Shown here: one piece after another, positions 1 through 7,869 of the stretch
Layout of the letters: each line of letters starts with the position of its first letter
Numbering within the stretch: the stretch's first letter is position 1
Assembly: GCA_045599285.1 (NCBI GenBank)
Contig: JAZRVR010000022.1
Coordinates: forward strand, 23,036-87,035
DNA: 64,000 nucleotides
Direction: 5' to 3'
Origin: Paludibacteraceae bacterium
Lineage (GTDB): Bacteria; Bacteroidota; Bacteroidia; Bacteroidales; Paludibacteraceae
The notes under the pieces: model-generated
What the model saw: only the letters and a program-made list of their open reading frames with translations
What the model was told of the DNA's origin: nothing
Databases searched by the model: none
Program-made: the position numbers and the translations under genes

Positions 1-613
1 CTGCGCTTAGCACGATGGCTAATATGCCAAAGCCCGACCACGGATTGGTCAGCATCTTGTTGATCCACTCCGAGTAGGTGTGCATGTCGTTCTCGGGGTG
101 TGTGAGGGTCTCTGCGAGCACACCCTCCATGAATGCTTTGTACGCTTGCTCGTCCTCTTGCTCCCAGGCGTGGTAGATAGGGTGAGCTTGCGATTCCTCG
201 CGCATGGATACCATTGCTACGGTATCCAGCAGGTGCTTGATAGAGACCTCGTCGTCCTCATCCACCTCTACGACGGGTACGCCGATGAGTTCGCTGAATT
301 TGGGAATGTCCAGTTGGTGTCCGCTGCTGACGAGGGCGGGGTAGCGATTTAGGGCCAGCACTATATGGTGCTGGTGATCAATGAAAGAGGACGTCATCGT
401 CAGTCCCTCGCGCAGGTTGGTGGCATCCACTACCTGTAGCACCACGTCGTGGTGCTCGCAGTCCATCTCGTTATGGGTGTGATGCTCGTCAAAGCATATA
501 TTGCTGCGGTCATGTTGTTGAGCCAATCGGGTGAGTTGCTCGCGAATCTTGGTCTTTCCGCTCGCGGCACTACCGGTGACGGCTACTTCTATGTGTCTGG
601 TGTTGTCTAACAT
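1..613 (-). CDS. FeoB-family (ferrous iron transporter B-like) protein, N-terminal ~204 codons; continues past the window start
   Basis: Open minus-strand frame from ATG (613-611) to position 1; it is absent from the ORF track because there is no stop in the window. Translation MLDNTRHIEVAVTGSAASGKTKIREQL... has a P-loop (GSAASGKT), the FeoB-like block HIVLALNRYP...LDIPKFSELIGVPVVEV, and the start of the membrane gate segment (MLTNPWSGFGILAIVL). The + ORF 80-352 is its antisense shadow. Confidence 0.6.
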   Translation of the reverse strand, partial: MLDNTRHIEVAVTGSAASGKTKIREQLTRLAQQHDRSNICFDEHHTHNEMDCEHHDVVLQVVDATNLREGLTMTSSFIDHQHHIVLALNRYPALVSSGHQLDIPKFSELIGVPVVEVDEDDEVSIKHLLDTVAMVSMREESQAHPIYHAWEQEDEQAYKAFMEGVLAETLTHPENDMHTYSEWINKMLTNPWSGFGILAIVLSA

Positions 614-630
614 AGTTTCTTCTTGTATCC

Positions 631-771
631 TCTCCTTTGTATCCTCTCTTTGTGATCCAGCTGGGGCTCAAACCCCGGAGCGTCCTCCCGATGAAACGGG
701 AGGAGCGGCTTCCGCCGAGGAGGGATTCTCCTTTGTATCCTCTCTTTGTGATCCAGCTGGGGCTCAAACCC
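631..771 (-). repeat. 45-bp direct repeat in two copies (631-675 and 727-771), offset exactly 96 bp
   Basis: TCTCCTTTGTATCCTCTCTTTGTGATCCAGCTGGGGCTCAAACCC occurs twice with no mismatch. On the minus strand each copy is the last 23 nt of tRNA-Arg plus 22 nt of its 3' flank. Confidence 0.9.
653..726 (-). pseudogene. tRNA-like remnant: the 3' 23 nt of tRNA-Arg (T-arm and acceptor 3' strand) fused to an unrelated 51-nt 5' part
   Basis: Minus strand reads ATCCCTCCTCGGCGGAAGCCGCTCCTCCCGTTTCATCGGGAGGACGCTCCG + GGGTTTGAGCCCCAGCTGGATCA. It is 74 nt, the same length as the neighbouring tRNA, but no 5' strand can pair with CTGGATC, so no acceptor stem forms. It does contain CGGC-GGAA-GCCG and a 7-8 bp hairpin CCTCCCG/CGGGAGG. 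Confidence 0.45.
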
Positions 772-822
772 AGAACCTTCAGAACCGGAATCTGACACTC
801 TATTCAATTGAGCTACTGGACC
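749..822 (-). tRNA. tRNA-Arg (anticodon CCG)
   Basis: Minus-strand cloverleaf GGTCCAG-TA-GCTC-AATTGAATA-GAGT-G-TCAGA-TTCCGGT-TCTGA-AGGTT-CTGGG-TTTGAGC-CCCAG-CTGGATC-A. It has a 7-bp acceptor stem and anticodon CCG at the centre of a 7-nt loop. CCA is not encoded. Confidence 0.85.
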
Positions 823-838
823 ATTTTTTCGGGACTCC

Positions 839-1507
839 TTAATCCCTGCGCCCTACCAGAATGAGCACGTAGTAGATTAGCGTCGCCAAACTGCTGAGGG
901 CTGCTACTACGTAGGTGTAGGCTGCGCTGCGTAGCGCATCGGATGCCATTGGTGTAGTCTCCACATTGGTTATTCCGCTCTCCTCCAGCCAACTCACGGC
1001 GCGCATGCTGGCGTTGATCTCCACCGGCAGCGTGATGAACGAGAACAGCGTCGTCAGGGCAAATAGTCCTATGCCGAAGGTTAGCACCTGCGGAAAAGTC
1101 TCCACCATCAGCACGCCGGCGAGTAGCACCCACGACATCCACTGGCTGGCGAAGCTAACCACCGGCACCAGAGCCGTGCGCAACTTCAGCGGCGAGTAGG
1201 CATGCGCGTGCTGCAGGGCGTGTCCGCACTCGTGTGCTGCCACGGCTGCGGCTGCCACGGTGGCAGAACCATACACGTCTTCCGACAGGTTGACTGTCTT
1301 CTTCGTGGGGTCGTAGTGGTCGGTCAGTGAGCCTTGCACGCTGGTCACCTTCACGTCCGTGATGCCATTGTCTCGCAGCATCTTTTCTGCCACCTCGCGA
1401 CCTGTGAGGCGAATGCCTACCTGGCTGTATTTCTTGAACTTATTCTGTAGTGATTGGCTGACTATCCAGCTCAGCAGGGCTATTCCGATAAATAAAATCC
1501 AATACAT
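839..1507 (-). CDS. membrane zinc metallopeptidase (putative neutral zinc metallopeptidase family)
   Basis: 222 aa with an N-terminal TM helix, the HExxH motif (AAHECGHALQH) and C-terminal hydrophobic helices. Confidence 0.75.
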   Translation of the reverse strand: MYWILFIGIALLSWIVSQSLQNKFKKYSQVGIRLTGREVAEKMLRDNGITDVKVTSVQGSLTDHYDPTKKTVNLSEDVYGSATVAAAAVAAHECGHALQHAHAYSPLKLRTALVPVVSFASQWMSWVLLAGVLMVETFPQVLTFGIGLFALTTLFSFITLPVEINASMRAVSWLEESGITNVETTPMASDALRSAAYTYVVAALSSLATLIYYVLILVGRRD

Positions 1508-1519
1508 ATTTTTCTCAAT

Positions 1520-1972
1520 CTAGGTGTTGTTGTTTTTCTTTTTTCTGCATGTTTTGCAGGTGCCGTACACGTACAGCGAGAAGTGTGTTAGGTTGAAGTT
1601 CGAGTACTTGCGTGCTGCCACGAGGTTCTCGATAGCGATGTCCTTAAAGTCGGCTATTCGCCCGCAGTTGCTGCACTTGAGTCGCATGCGAACTTTACCT
1701 CCTGTCACCAACTCGTATTCTGCTTGTGCACCTTTTCGTCCAATACACCACAAAATCTGTGCCGAAACCAGTAGAGATAGCGTATTGTAGATTGTGGCAC
1801 GGCTGATATGGCTCTGTTCTGCCAATTGTGTCAGTTGCTCTACGGTGAAGGGGTTGCCTAATTCGCACGCGTGGCGCAGTATAGTGTATCGCTCGGGCGT
1901 GTGTCGCAGGCGATGCTCGGCGATGTACTGCTCCAGTTTGCGTTCTGCCTCTTTGTATCTCTCGATTGCCAT
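1520..1972 (-). CDS. Fur-family transcriptional regulator
   Basis: 150 aa with a winged-helix block (ISRATIYNTLSLLV) and two CxxC pairs (CSNC, CKTC) typical of the Fur/Zur/PerR structural zinc site. Confidence 0.75.
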   Translation of the reverse strand: MAIERYKEAERKLEQYIAEHRLRHTPERYTILRHACELGNPFTVEQLTQLAEQSHISRATIYNTLSLLVSAQILWCIGRKGAQAEYELVTGGKVRMRLKCSNCGRIADFKDIAIENLVAARKYSNFNLTHFSLYVYGTCKTCRKKKNNNT

Positions 1973-1976
1973 TTTA

Positions 1977-3104
1977 TCAAATGCTCATGATGTATGCGCG
2001 GCGGCGCTTGTGCTGTTTGTGCGGCAGGATGAGGAAGTTGGCTTGGTTCTGCCAGTTGCTCTCTAGGATAGATGTTGTATCTACGCGCTTGATTTGATAT
2101 TGTGGGAAGTAGGGGAACATGTCGTCAAAGATAACGGCATTCACACCCTTCCCCTGGTAGTCCGGACGAACGGCAATCAGCAGCAGCGTGAACGAATCCA
2201 TCTGCTTGGCTTTCAGAGATTTCAGTACGTGGTACCATCCTGTCGGGAATAGTCTGCCCTTGCATTTGCGCAGGGCGTCCGAGATGTCGGGCATACCCAA
2301 TCCTACGCCTACAATCTCGTTTTTCTCGTTCACCACGATGGTCACAAAGTCGAAGTTGAGCACAGGGAAGTACTGCTTGCAAAAGTACTCTTTCTGCTCC
2401 TTGGTGAGTGGTTGGAAGTTGTATAGTTTCTGATATGCCTCGTCGATGACGTCCAGATATTCCAGTCCGTATTTTGCTTTTAATTCGCTGGCACTCTTCA
2501 CCTTATCTACGCGCAGGTGACTGCGCTGAGCGGCAATCTTGGCTACGCGGGTCATCTTCTCCGGCAACTCGGCAGGTGGAGTTATCTCAAACTCAATCCA
2601 GTCTGCCTCCTTCACCAGTCCGTATGCCTCCATGTGCTGGATGTAGTATGGGTAGTTGTAGAGGGTCACGAGTGGCGACTTGTACTCAAAACCCTCAATC
2701 ATCAGTCCTTCGTAGTCAAAGTCGGTAAATCCCACAGGACCATTGAGTTCGGTCATACCTTTGCTTTTTCCCCATTCCTTGACGGCATCCAGCAGGGCCT
2801 TGCTCACTTCTAGGTCATCGATGAAGTCAATCCAGCCAAAGCGCACATGTTTGACGCCCCACTTCTGATTAGCGGCGTGGTTGATGATTCCGCAGATGCG
2901 TCCTACTATTTTTTTGTCTCGGTAGGCAAGAAAGAGTATTTGTTCGCACACTTTGTGTGCAGGGTTGTTATTGGGATTGAATGTCCCCATTTCATCGAGG
3001 ATGATGTGGGGGCAGAAGTTCTCGCAATCTTTGTATAGGTCGTTACCGAATTTTACAAACTGGTAAAGTTGCCATTTATTTTTTACCTCGCGAAGTTCTA
3101 TCAT
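1977..3104 (-). CDS. two-domain GNAT-like acyltransferase family protein, function unknown
   Basis: 375-aa ORF with the promoter 3157-3188 in the right place. A GNAT-like acyl-CoA-binding-type segment (IAVRPDYQGKGVNAVIF) lies in the C-terminal half. The assignment is from memory of a conserved Bacteroidota family. Confidence 0.45.
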   Translation of the reverse strand: MIELREVKNKWQLYQFVKFGNDLYKDCENFCPHIILDEMGTFNPNNNPAHKVCEQILFLAYRDKKIVGRICGIINHAANQKWGVKHVRFGWIDFIDDLEVSKALLDAVKEWGKSKGMTELNGPVGFTDFDYEGLMIEGFEYKSPLVTLYNYPYYIQHMEAYGLVKEADWIEFEITPPAELPEKMTRVAKIAAQRSHLRVDKVKSASELKAKYGLEYLDVIDEAYQKLYNFQPLTKEQKEYFCKQYFPVLNFDFVTIVVNEKNEIVGVGLGMPDISDALRKCKGRLFPTGWYHVLKSLKAKQMDSFTLLLIAVRPDYQGKGVNAVIFDDMFPYFPQYQIKRVDTTSILESNWQNQANFLILPHKQHKRRRAYIMSI

Positions 3105-3156
3105 AATTGTATGTCTTTGTACTGCTATTGTTAGTCTCTATTTTCAAAATCGCTTG

Positions 3157-3188
3157 CAAATGTACTACAAATTTTCCACATATGCAAA
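3157..3188 (-). promoter_or_regulatory. sigma-A type promoter (-33/-7) for the GNAT-like gene
   Basis: Minus strand reads TTTG-CATATGTGGAAAATTTGTAG-TACATTTG, with a 20-nt spacer; the -7 box ends 52 nt before the ATG at 3104. Confidence 0.55.
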
Positions 3189-3256
3189 TTTTTTTCGTTT
3201 TTGTCCTGTTCCATGCTTGGTTTCTCCCATCTTTCGCCTCCAATTTTATGCAAATA

Positions 3257-3288
3257 CTTGCCTATGTCACAAAAAAGTTGTATCTTTG
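3257..3288 (+). promoter_or_regulatory. sigma-A type promoter for the acyltransferase gene
   Basis: CTTG-CCTATGTCACAAAAAAGTTG-TATCTTTG with a 20-nt spacer. It is 26/27 identical to the core of the promoter at 44847-44878. Confidence 0.6.
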
Positions 3289-3348
3289 CATCGTCAGATG
3301 AAAACCAATGCCTGGCAACATCCCCAACCATGTCAACATCAATAGTAA

Positions 3349-4452
3349 ATGAAATATCCAATGTTTATAAATAGCAGCCACAAACACATTACCGAGCGCT
3401 CCAGATTACGCGATAGCAACATGGAGTTGCTTCGGTTGATATCGATGGTTATGATTGTGTTGTACCATTTTATGAGGCACGGCATCTTTAATCCGGATAA
3501 AACCGATTTTTCGGTCTGGAATCTACCGATGGCGACATCTTTAGTTGTAATTGGCTTCATTTACATCGGTGTCAATTGTTTTATTTTGCTGTCCGGCTAC
3601 TACAAAATACGTTTCTCATGGCGAGGATTGTGTACGCTGTACGGTATGCTCCTGTTTTACAATATCATTGGTACAATCATTGGCGGAACATGGAATTGGA
3701 CCGATGTCATATGTTGTTTTTCTCATTGTCCTTGGTGGTTTATGGGGTGCTATGTGATACTCTATATTTTATCACCACTTTTAAATCGATCCATGGAAAA
3801 CTTATCCAAAAGAGAGTGGCATCTGATGGTAGGGCTACTGACCATCATAAATGTATATTTTGGTTATTTTCAGCAAGATACATGGAGCAATGTCAATGGA
3901 TATAATGTAATGCATTTCATCTATATGTATTACGTTGGAGCGTATCTGAAAAATGTGGTGTGCATCCGTGATCTTCGTCCTAAGCGAAACTTCTTTCTCT
4001 CTGGTTTTCTGCTTCTTGCTTTGTTATGGGGTGTATTGACTGTTGTCTGGAGATTCCATTCATTGCCTTTGTGGGTGGGTGATTATTACAATAATCCTGT
4101 TTTGATAGCAGAGGCTGTTTGTTTCTTCTTGTATTTTACTACGCTCCGTTTTCACAGTAAGGTCATAAACTATCTGGCAGCATCATCTGTTGCCGCTTAT
4201 TTGCTGCAAGATCATTCTGGCATAGGATGGTCTCATCAAGGCCTATATGCATCTGTTTTGACCTTGTCGCAATGGTGCTTAGAGCGCTCCCATTTTCTAT
4301 GCGTACTCTTGCTTCTTGTGGTGTTAAGCGTGACTTTTGTCGCGATTGCCGCTCTTTTTGATAAAGTACGCCTCTTCCTTTTTTCTGTTATTAGTAGATG
4401 TTTAGGCAAACTGTCCGACAGGCATTTCAGTCACTTCCCTAAGTGCCGTTAG
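3349..4452 (+). CDS. acyltransferase family 3 (integral-membrane O-acyltransferase)
   Basis: 367 aa and about 10 hydrophobic helices. The N-terminal signature RDSNMELLRLISMVMIVLYHF is typical of the acyltransferase_3 family. GC content is visibly lower than in flanking genes. The true start could be a downstream Met (3361 or 3421). Confidence 0.75.
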   Translation: MKYPMFINSSHKHITERSRLRDSNMELLRLISMVMIVLYHFMRHGIFNPDKTDFSVWNLPMATSLVVIGFIYIGVNCFILLSGYYKIRFSWRGLCTLYGMLLFYNIIGTIIGGTWNWTDVICCFSHCPWWFMGCYVILYILSPLLNRSMENLSKREWHLMVGLLTIINVYFGYFQQDTWSNVNGYNVMHFIYMYYVGAYLKNVVCIRDLRPKRNFFLSGFLLLALLWGVLTVVWRFHSLPLWVGDYYNNPVLIAEAVCFFLYFTTLRFHSKVINYLAASSVAAYLLQDHSGIGWSHQGLYASVLTLSQWCLERSHFLCVLLLLVVLSVTFVAIAALFDKVRLFLFSVISRCLGKLSDRHFSHFPKCR

Positions 4453-4491
4453 GTTACATCTGTTGACAGCCAGTTTAAAAATAGGCTTTTT

Positions 4492-4523
4492 CTAAGGGGT
4501 CTCTAAGGGGTCTCTAAGGGGTT
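4492..4523. repeat. 11-bp tandem array CTAAGGGGTCT x2.9
   Basis: CTAAGGGGTCT CTAAGGGGTCT CTAAGGGGTT lies between the convergent stops at 4452 and 4547. Confidence 0.9.
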
Positions 4524-4546
4524 GGCACATAAAAAAAACATACTTT

Positions 4547-5458
4547 TTACCGGCTCTCGAAACTGAGGTATGGACGTAGGCGAAGGAGGTCGGAATCCGT
4601 GACGCAAGGCAGCACGACCAATTCGTCGATTCCCTGCAGTCGAATCTTTCTGCGGCGCAGTTGGTAGATATCCTGAGCCTGCTGCGCGGATATATACGGA
4701 TGCTGCTCCAGCTGACTGACTGAGGCTCGATTGACTGGAATAGGCACAATCGAATCTGCGCATGCTCGCAGATGTGGGATAATCGAGTCCAATGCGATAC
4801 CATGCGTGTGTAGTGCTGCTATCTCACGCACTTGCTCCGGACTATGGTAGCCGCGTAGTTGCTTGCGATAGCGAATAATATGCATCGCCGTATATCGCCC
4901 AATACCACGGATAAATTGCAGCTCGCAAGTGTCCGTCGAGTTGAGTTCCAGAATGGTATCTTTCTTAATCCGCGTGTAAAGTGAATCCCATTGTTGATAC
5001 AGACTGTCTCTCGTGTGCTGCGCAGTCTCTCTCGCATGACGAATTGAGTCTCTCTGTTGCGCAAATGGCAATGTATCAATCTGTATGTACGGCTTCAGCG
5101 CCAGATAAGCACTATCCGTCAGTCCGTATAGTTTGCTCAGCTGCTCAGCCTTACGAAATCTGCCGCCCTTGGCGCGGTAGTGTAGCAGGTTGTGTACCTG
5201 CCACGGACGCAAACCGAGGCGTTGCAGGGTGATGCTGTCAGCGGTGTTGGGGTCAAAGACCTGCAGACATAGCGTGTCGCCAATTGTGTGCCGCGCGTAT
5301 GCATGGGCGATACTATCTATGGTTAGACTGTCTTGCACAGATAGTGTGTAGGTGTCGTGCTGCCTCTGTGGAACCAGTTGCACAAAGCACTCCATCAGCG
5401 CGATGATGACTACCACGATAACGATGCCGATTCGTTGTGAAGTATTGAGACTCTGCAT
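4547..5458 (-). CDS. ComEA-like helix-hairpin-helix DNA-binding protein, membrane anchored
   Basis: N-terminal TM helix (IGIVIVVVIIALM) followed by several HhH-like repeats (CELQFIRGIGRYTAMHIIRYR; SVSQLEQHPYISAQQAQDIYQLRR). I chose the start at the internal ATG 5458-5456, directly after the xseA stop, rather than at 5497. Confidence 0.6.
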   Translation of the reverse strand: MQSLNTSQRIGIVIVVVIIALMECFVQLVPQRQHDTYTLSVQDSLTIDSIAHAYARHTIGDTLCLQVFDPNTADSITLQRLGLRPWQVHNLLHYRAKGGRFRKAEQLSKLYGLTDSAYLALKPYIQIDTLPFAQQRDSIRHARETAQHTRDSLYQQWDSLYTRIKKDTILELNSTDTCELQFIRGIGRYTAMHIIRYRKQLRGYHSPEQVREIAALHTHGIALDSIIPHLRACADSIVPIPVNRASVSQLEQHPYISAQQAQDIYQLRRRKIRLQGIDELVVLPCVTDSDLLRLRPYLSFESR

Positions 5459-5459
5459 A

Positions 5460-6557
5460 TTAACTGGGGATGACTTGTGATTGTACCGTTCCGTCACTCA
5501 GGTGCGTTGTGAGGGTATTGCCGACTGCAATATCACTTGCCGAGCGAACAATACGCCCATCTACCGTGGTGAGTGAATAGCCCATTCGGAAAATCCGCTC
5601 TGGACTGCACGATTGGATGCGCTCGCGCAGCAGTTCCAACCGATGTCTGCGAATCAGTATCTGCCGCTCGGCTGTTTGTGCAAGGCGGCGCTTTAGTTCC
5701 TGAATGCGATTGCGCTCTGTGTCCAGCCGATTGACAACGAAAGTGGCAACTGCGGTGGGGGTCTTGAGCGACATATGTGCCACCATATCCATCACACTCA
5801 CATCGCGTGTGTGACCAATGCCTGTGATGATGGGTAGCGGAAACTGTGCGCACGTAGCAGCCAGCAGATAGCTGTCAAAGCAGCTCAAATCGGTGCTGGC
5901 ACCTCCGCCACGTATGATGGCTACGATATCGTACTCGTCCTCGTGTGCGGCAATGTCGTGCAGCGCCTCCAGGATAGATTGCTCGGCTCTCTCCCCTTGC
6001 ATGATGGCAGGATAGAGCGTGGGGGCGATGGCGTATCCTCCTTGTTGCAATTGGTCGCAGAAGTCCCCCCAGCCTGCTGCCGATTCCGAACTGATGACGG
6101 CGATTCTGCGTATCAGGGTAGGAAGGGTTAGGCTGCGCTGCATCTCAATGACCCCCTCCTCTGTCAGGCGACGGATGGTCTCCTGGCGCTGGCGCGCCAA
6201 ATCACCCATCGTGAAGCGTGGATCGATATTGCATATGTTCAGACTCAGTCCGTACGATGCGTGAAAGTTGACCTCGACCTCCACCAGTACCTGCATCCCT
6301 ATCTGTAGTTTCAGTCCGGTCTCCTGCTCAAAGTACGCACACAGCATAGGGTAGATATTGCTCCAGCAGGTAGCACGCACTCGGGCAACGGGGAGAGCGC
6401 TCCGTTCACTTTTTTCTACCAGTTCCATATATCCGTGACCGCCCTTCGTGCTCAGAGACGCTATTTCTGCGCGCACCCAATAGGTGTCGGGAAACTCTAC
6501 ATTCAGTACTTCGGCTATGCTTTGGCATAGTTCGGATAAACTATATTGATTATTCAT
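5460..6557 (-). CDS. xseA: exodeoxyribonuclease VII large subunit
   Basis: N-terminal OB-fold block (YSLSELCQSIAEVL...YWVRAEI) and catalytic block IIRGGGASTDLSCFD...PIITGIGHTRD. Confidence 0.85.
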   Translation of the reverse strand: MNNQYSLSELCQSIAEVLNVEFPDTYWVRAEIASLSTKGGHGYMELVEKSERSALPVARVRATCWSNIYPMLCAYFEQETGLKLQIGMQVLVEVEVNFHASYGLSLNICNIDPRFTMGDLARQRQETIRRLTEEGVIEMQRSLTLPTLIRRIAVISSESAAGWGDFCDQLQQGGYAIAPTLYPAIMQGERAEQSILEALHDIAAHEDEYDIVAIIRGGGASTDLSCFDSYLLAATCAQFPLPIITGIGHTRDVSVMDMVAHMSLKTPTAVATFVVNRLDTERNRIQELKRRLAQTAERQILIRRHRLELLRERIQSCSPERIFRMGYSLTTVDGRIVRSASDIAVGNTLTTHLSDGTVQSQVIPS

Positions 6558-7854
6558 ACACGTATAAGATACACCAGATAGATAAACAGATGACCACTCC
6601 TAACCACCACCCGATATGGCGTCGAAAGGCGAGAATCCCCATTCCTATCGCCGCGTATAGCACCAGCATCATCGGGAATGAGCATTGGATACACGTAGTG
6701 GCGCCCGGCAGACTCTCCACCCAATGTGCCGCGCCATAAAGCACCATGATTGCGTATTTGGTTAGCAGAGCTAGTAGTGTATTGATGCCTGGTAACCAAC
6801 TCATTACCAGGGTGCTGATTCCTAATGCCAGGATCCCGGTAGTTAGAGGTATGACCATCAGATTAGTCAGCAGAAAATAGTTGCTCATCTGCCCGAAATA
6901 GTGCAGACTGATGGGCAGGGTTCCTAATTGTGCCGCCAGCGATGCCATAATCAATCCTATCCAATATCCTCTGGTGGTGGGTGTCATTAGGATGAGTGCG
7001 GTCACGGCACTGAAACTCAGCCAGAAACCTATAGACCATAGTTCGCTGGGGCGGAATAGTAGTATCACAATGGCTGCCGCCAGCATGGTGTTGATGGATA
7101 CCGCACGTCGGTGCAGTATCCACCCCACTTCCGCTATTGTCAGCATGGATGCGCTACGCCAGACGGAGGCGCTCATGCCGGTGAGTACGGCATAGAGCCA
7201 GATGACCACAATCAGGCTGCCACCCAATAGCATGCGCTTACCGGTCTCGTGATAGAGTGGCAACTTGCGACCAAAAAAGGTGAACAACGCATAGCAGATG
7301 GCAAATACGATTCCCGTGTGTAACCCACTGACTGCCAGTATATGTGCTGCACCTGCGCGTTGAAAGATTTGTTTGGTATCTCGGTCCAATTCTGTCTTGT
7401 ATCCCAGAGTTAACGCGCTCAGTATCTGCAATTCTTTCCCATCAATACCAAGCGCGCGAAAGCGTTCTATTGCCGCATGACGGATTCGCAGAGGGTGATA
7501 CCATGGGATTGATGCTTGGGATAGGATGCCCCAGTCGGTGGTGCGAACGTATGCGTGTGCTTTGCCACCTTGGATCGTGCTGTTCTCCCAGTGTGTGAGC
7601 AGGTACAGACTATTACCAACCTCAATCGCAGGAGGAGTTGTGGCGCTGTCTTTGGCAATATAGATATATGCCTCAGTCCCATCTACTTCCACGGTGTAAC
7701 GCCAGGTCTTGGGGCGCTCGATGGGGTAATCCACTACCTTCACCACATATGCATGTTGGCGCTCGTTGACCTGCGTAGTGCCGACAGGGCGTTTCGCCCA
7801 CCAGATGTAGGCCATCAGGGGTAGTAATATGATTAGTAGGGGATACCTGTTCAT
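6550..7854 (-). CDS. comEC: ComEC/Rec2-family protein, short form (N-terminal OB-like plus competence membrane domain; no beta-lactamase-like domain)
   Basis: 434 aa and polytopic, with the family motif AGAAHILAVSGLHTGIV. It overlaps the xseA start by 8 nt. Confidence 0.8.
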   Translation of the reverse strand: MNRYPLLIILLPLMAYIWWAKRPVGTTQVNERQHAYVVKVVDYPIERPKTWRYTVEVDGTEAYIYIAKDSATTPPAIEVGNSLYLLTHWENSTIQGGKAHAYVRTTDWGILSQASIPWYHPLRIRHAAIERFRALGIDGKELQILSALTLGYKTELDRDTKQIFQRAGAAHILAVSGLHTGIVFAICYALFTFFGRKLPLYHETGKRMLLGGSLIVVIWLYAVLTGMSASVWRSASMLTIAEVGWILHRRAVSINTMLAAAIVILLFRPSELWSIGFWLSFSAVTALILMTPTTRGYWIGLIMASLAAQLGTLPISLHYFGQMSNYFLLTNLMVIPLTTGILALGISTLVMSWLPGINTLLALLTKYAIMVLYGAAHWVESLPGATTCIQCSFPMMLVLYAAIGMGILAFRRHIGWWLGVVICLSIWCILYVYE

Positions 7855-7869
7855 ACGTGAGCACTCGCG

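Noticed and set aside
653-726. Could the tRNA-like copy be a functional suppressor or selenocysteine tRNA, given TCA in the hairpin loop GTTTCATC?
   Set aside because: No 5' strand can pair with the acceptor 3' strand. The anticodon-like loop is 6 or 8 nt rather than 7 and is out of register. There is no long variable arm or 8-bp acceptor stem as in tRNA-Sec.
631-822. Could the direct repeats at tRNA-Arg be attL/attR of an integrated genomic island?
   Set aside because: Only 51 bp lie between the repeat copies, and there is no integrase or cargo nearby. At most this is a scar. It is kept as one hypothesis in the finding, not as a mobile-element call.
531-842. A plus-strand 103-aa ORF and minus-strand 65- and 66-aa ORFs span the tRNA region.
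   Set aside because: They run through the tRNA-Arg gene and its duplicated remnant. The internal amino-acid repeats (SFVSSLCDPAGAQT) simply mirror the 45-bp DNA repeat.
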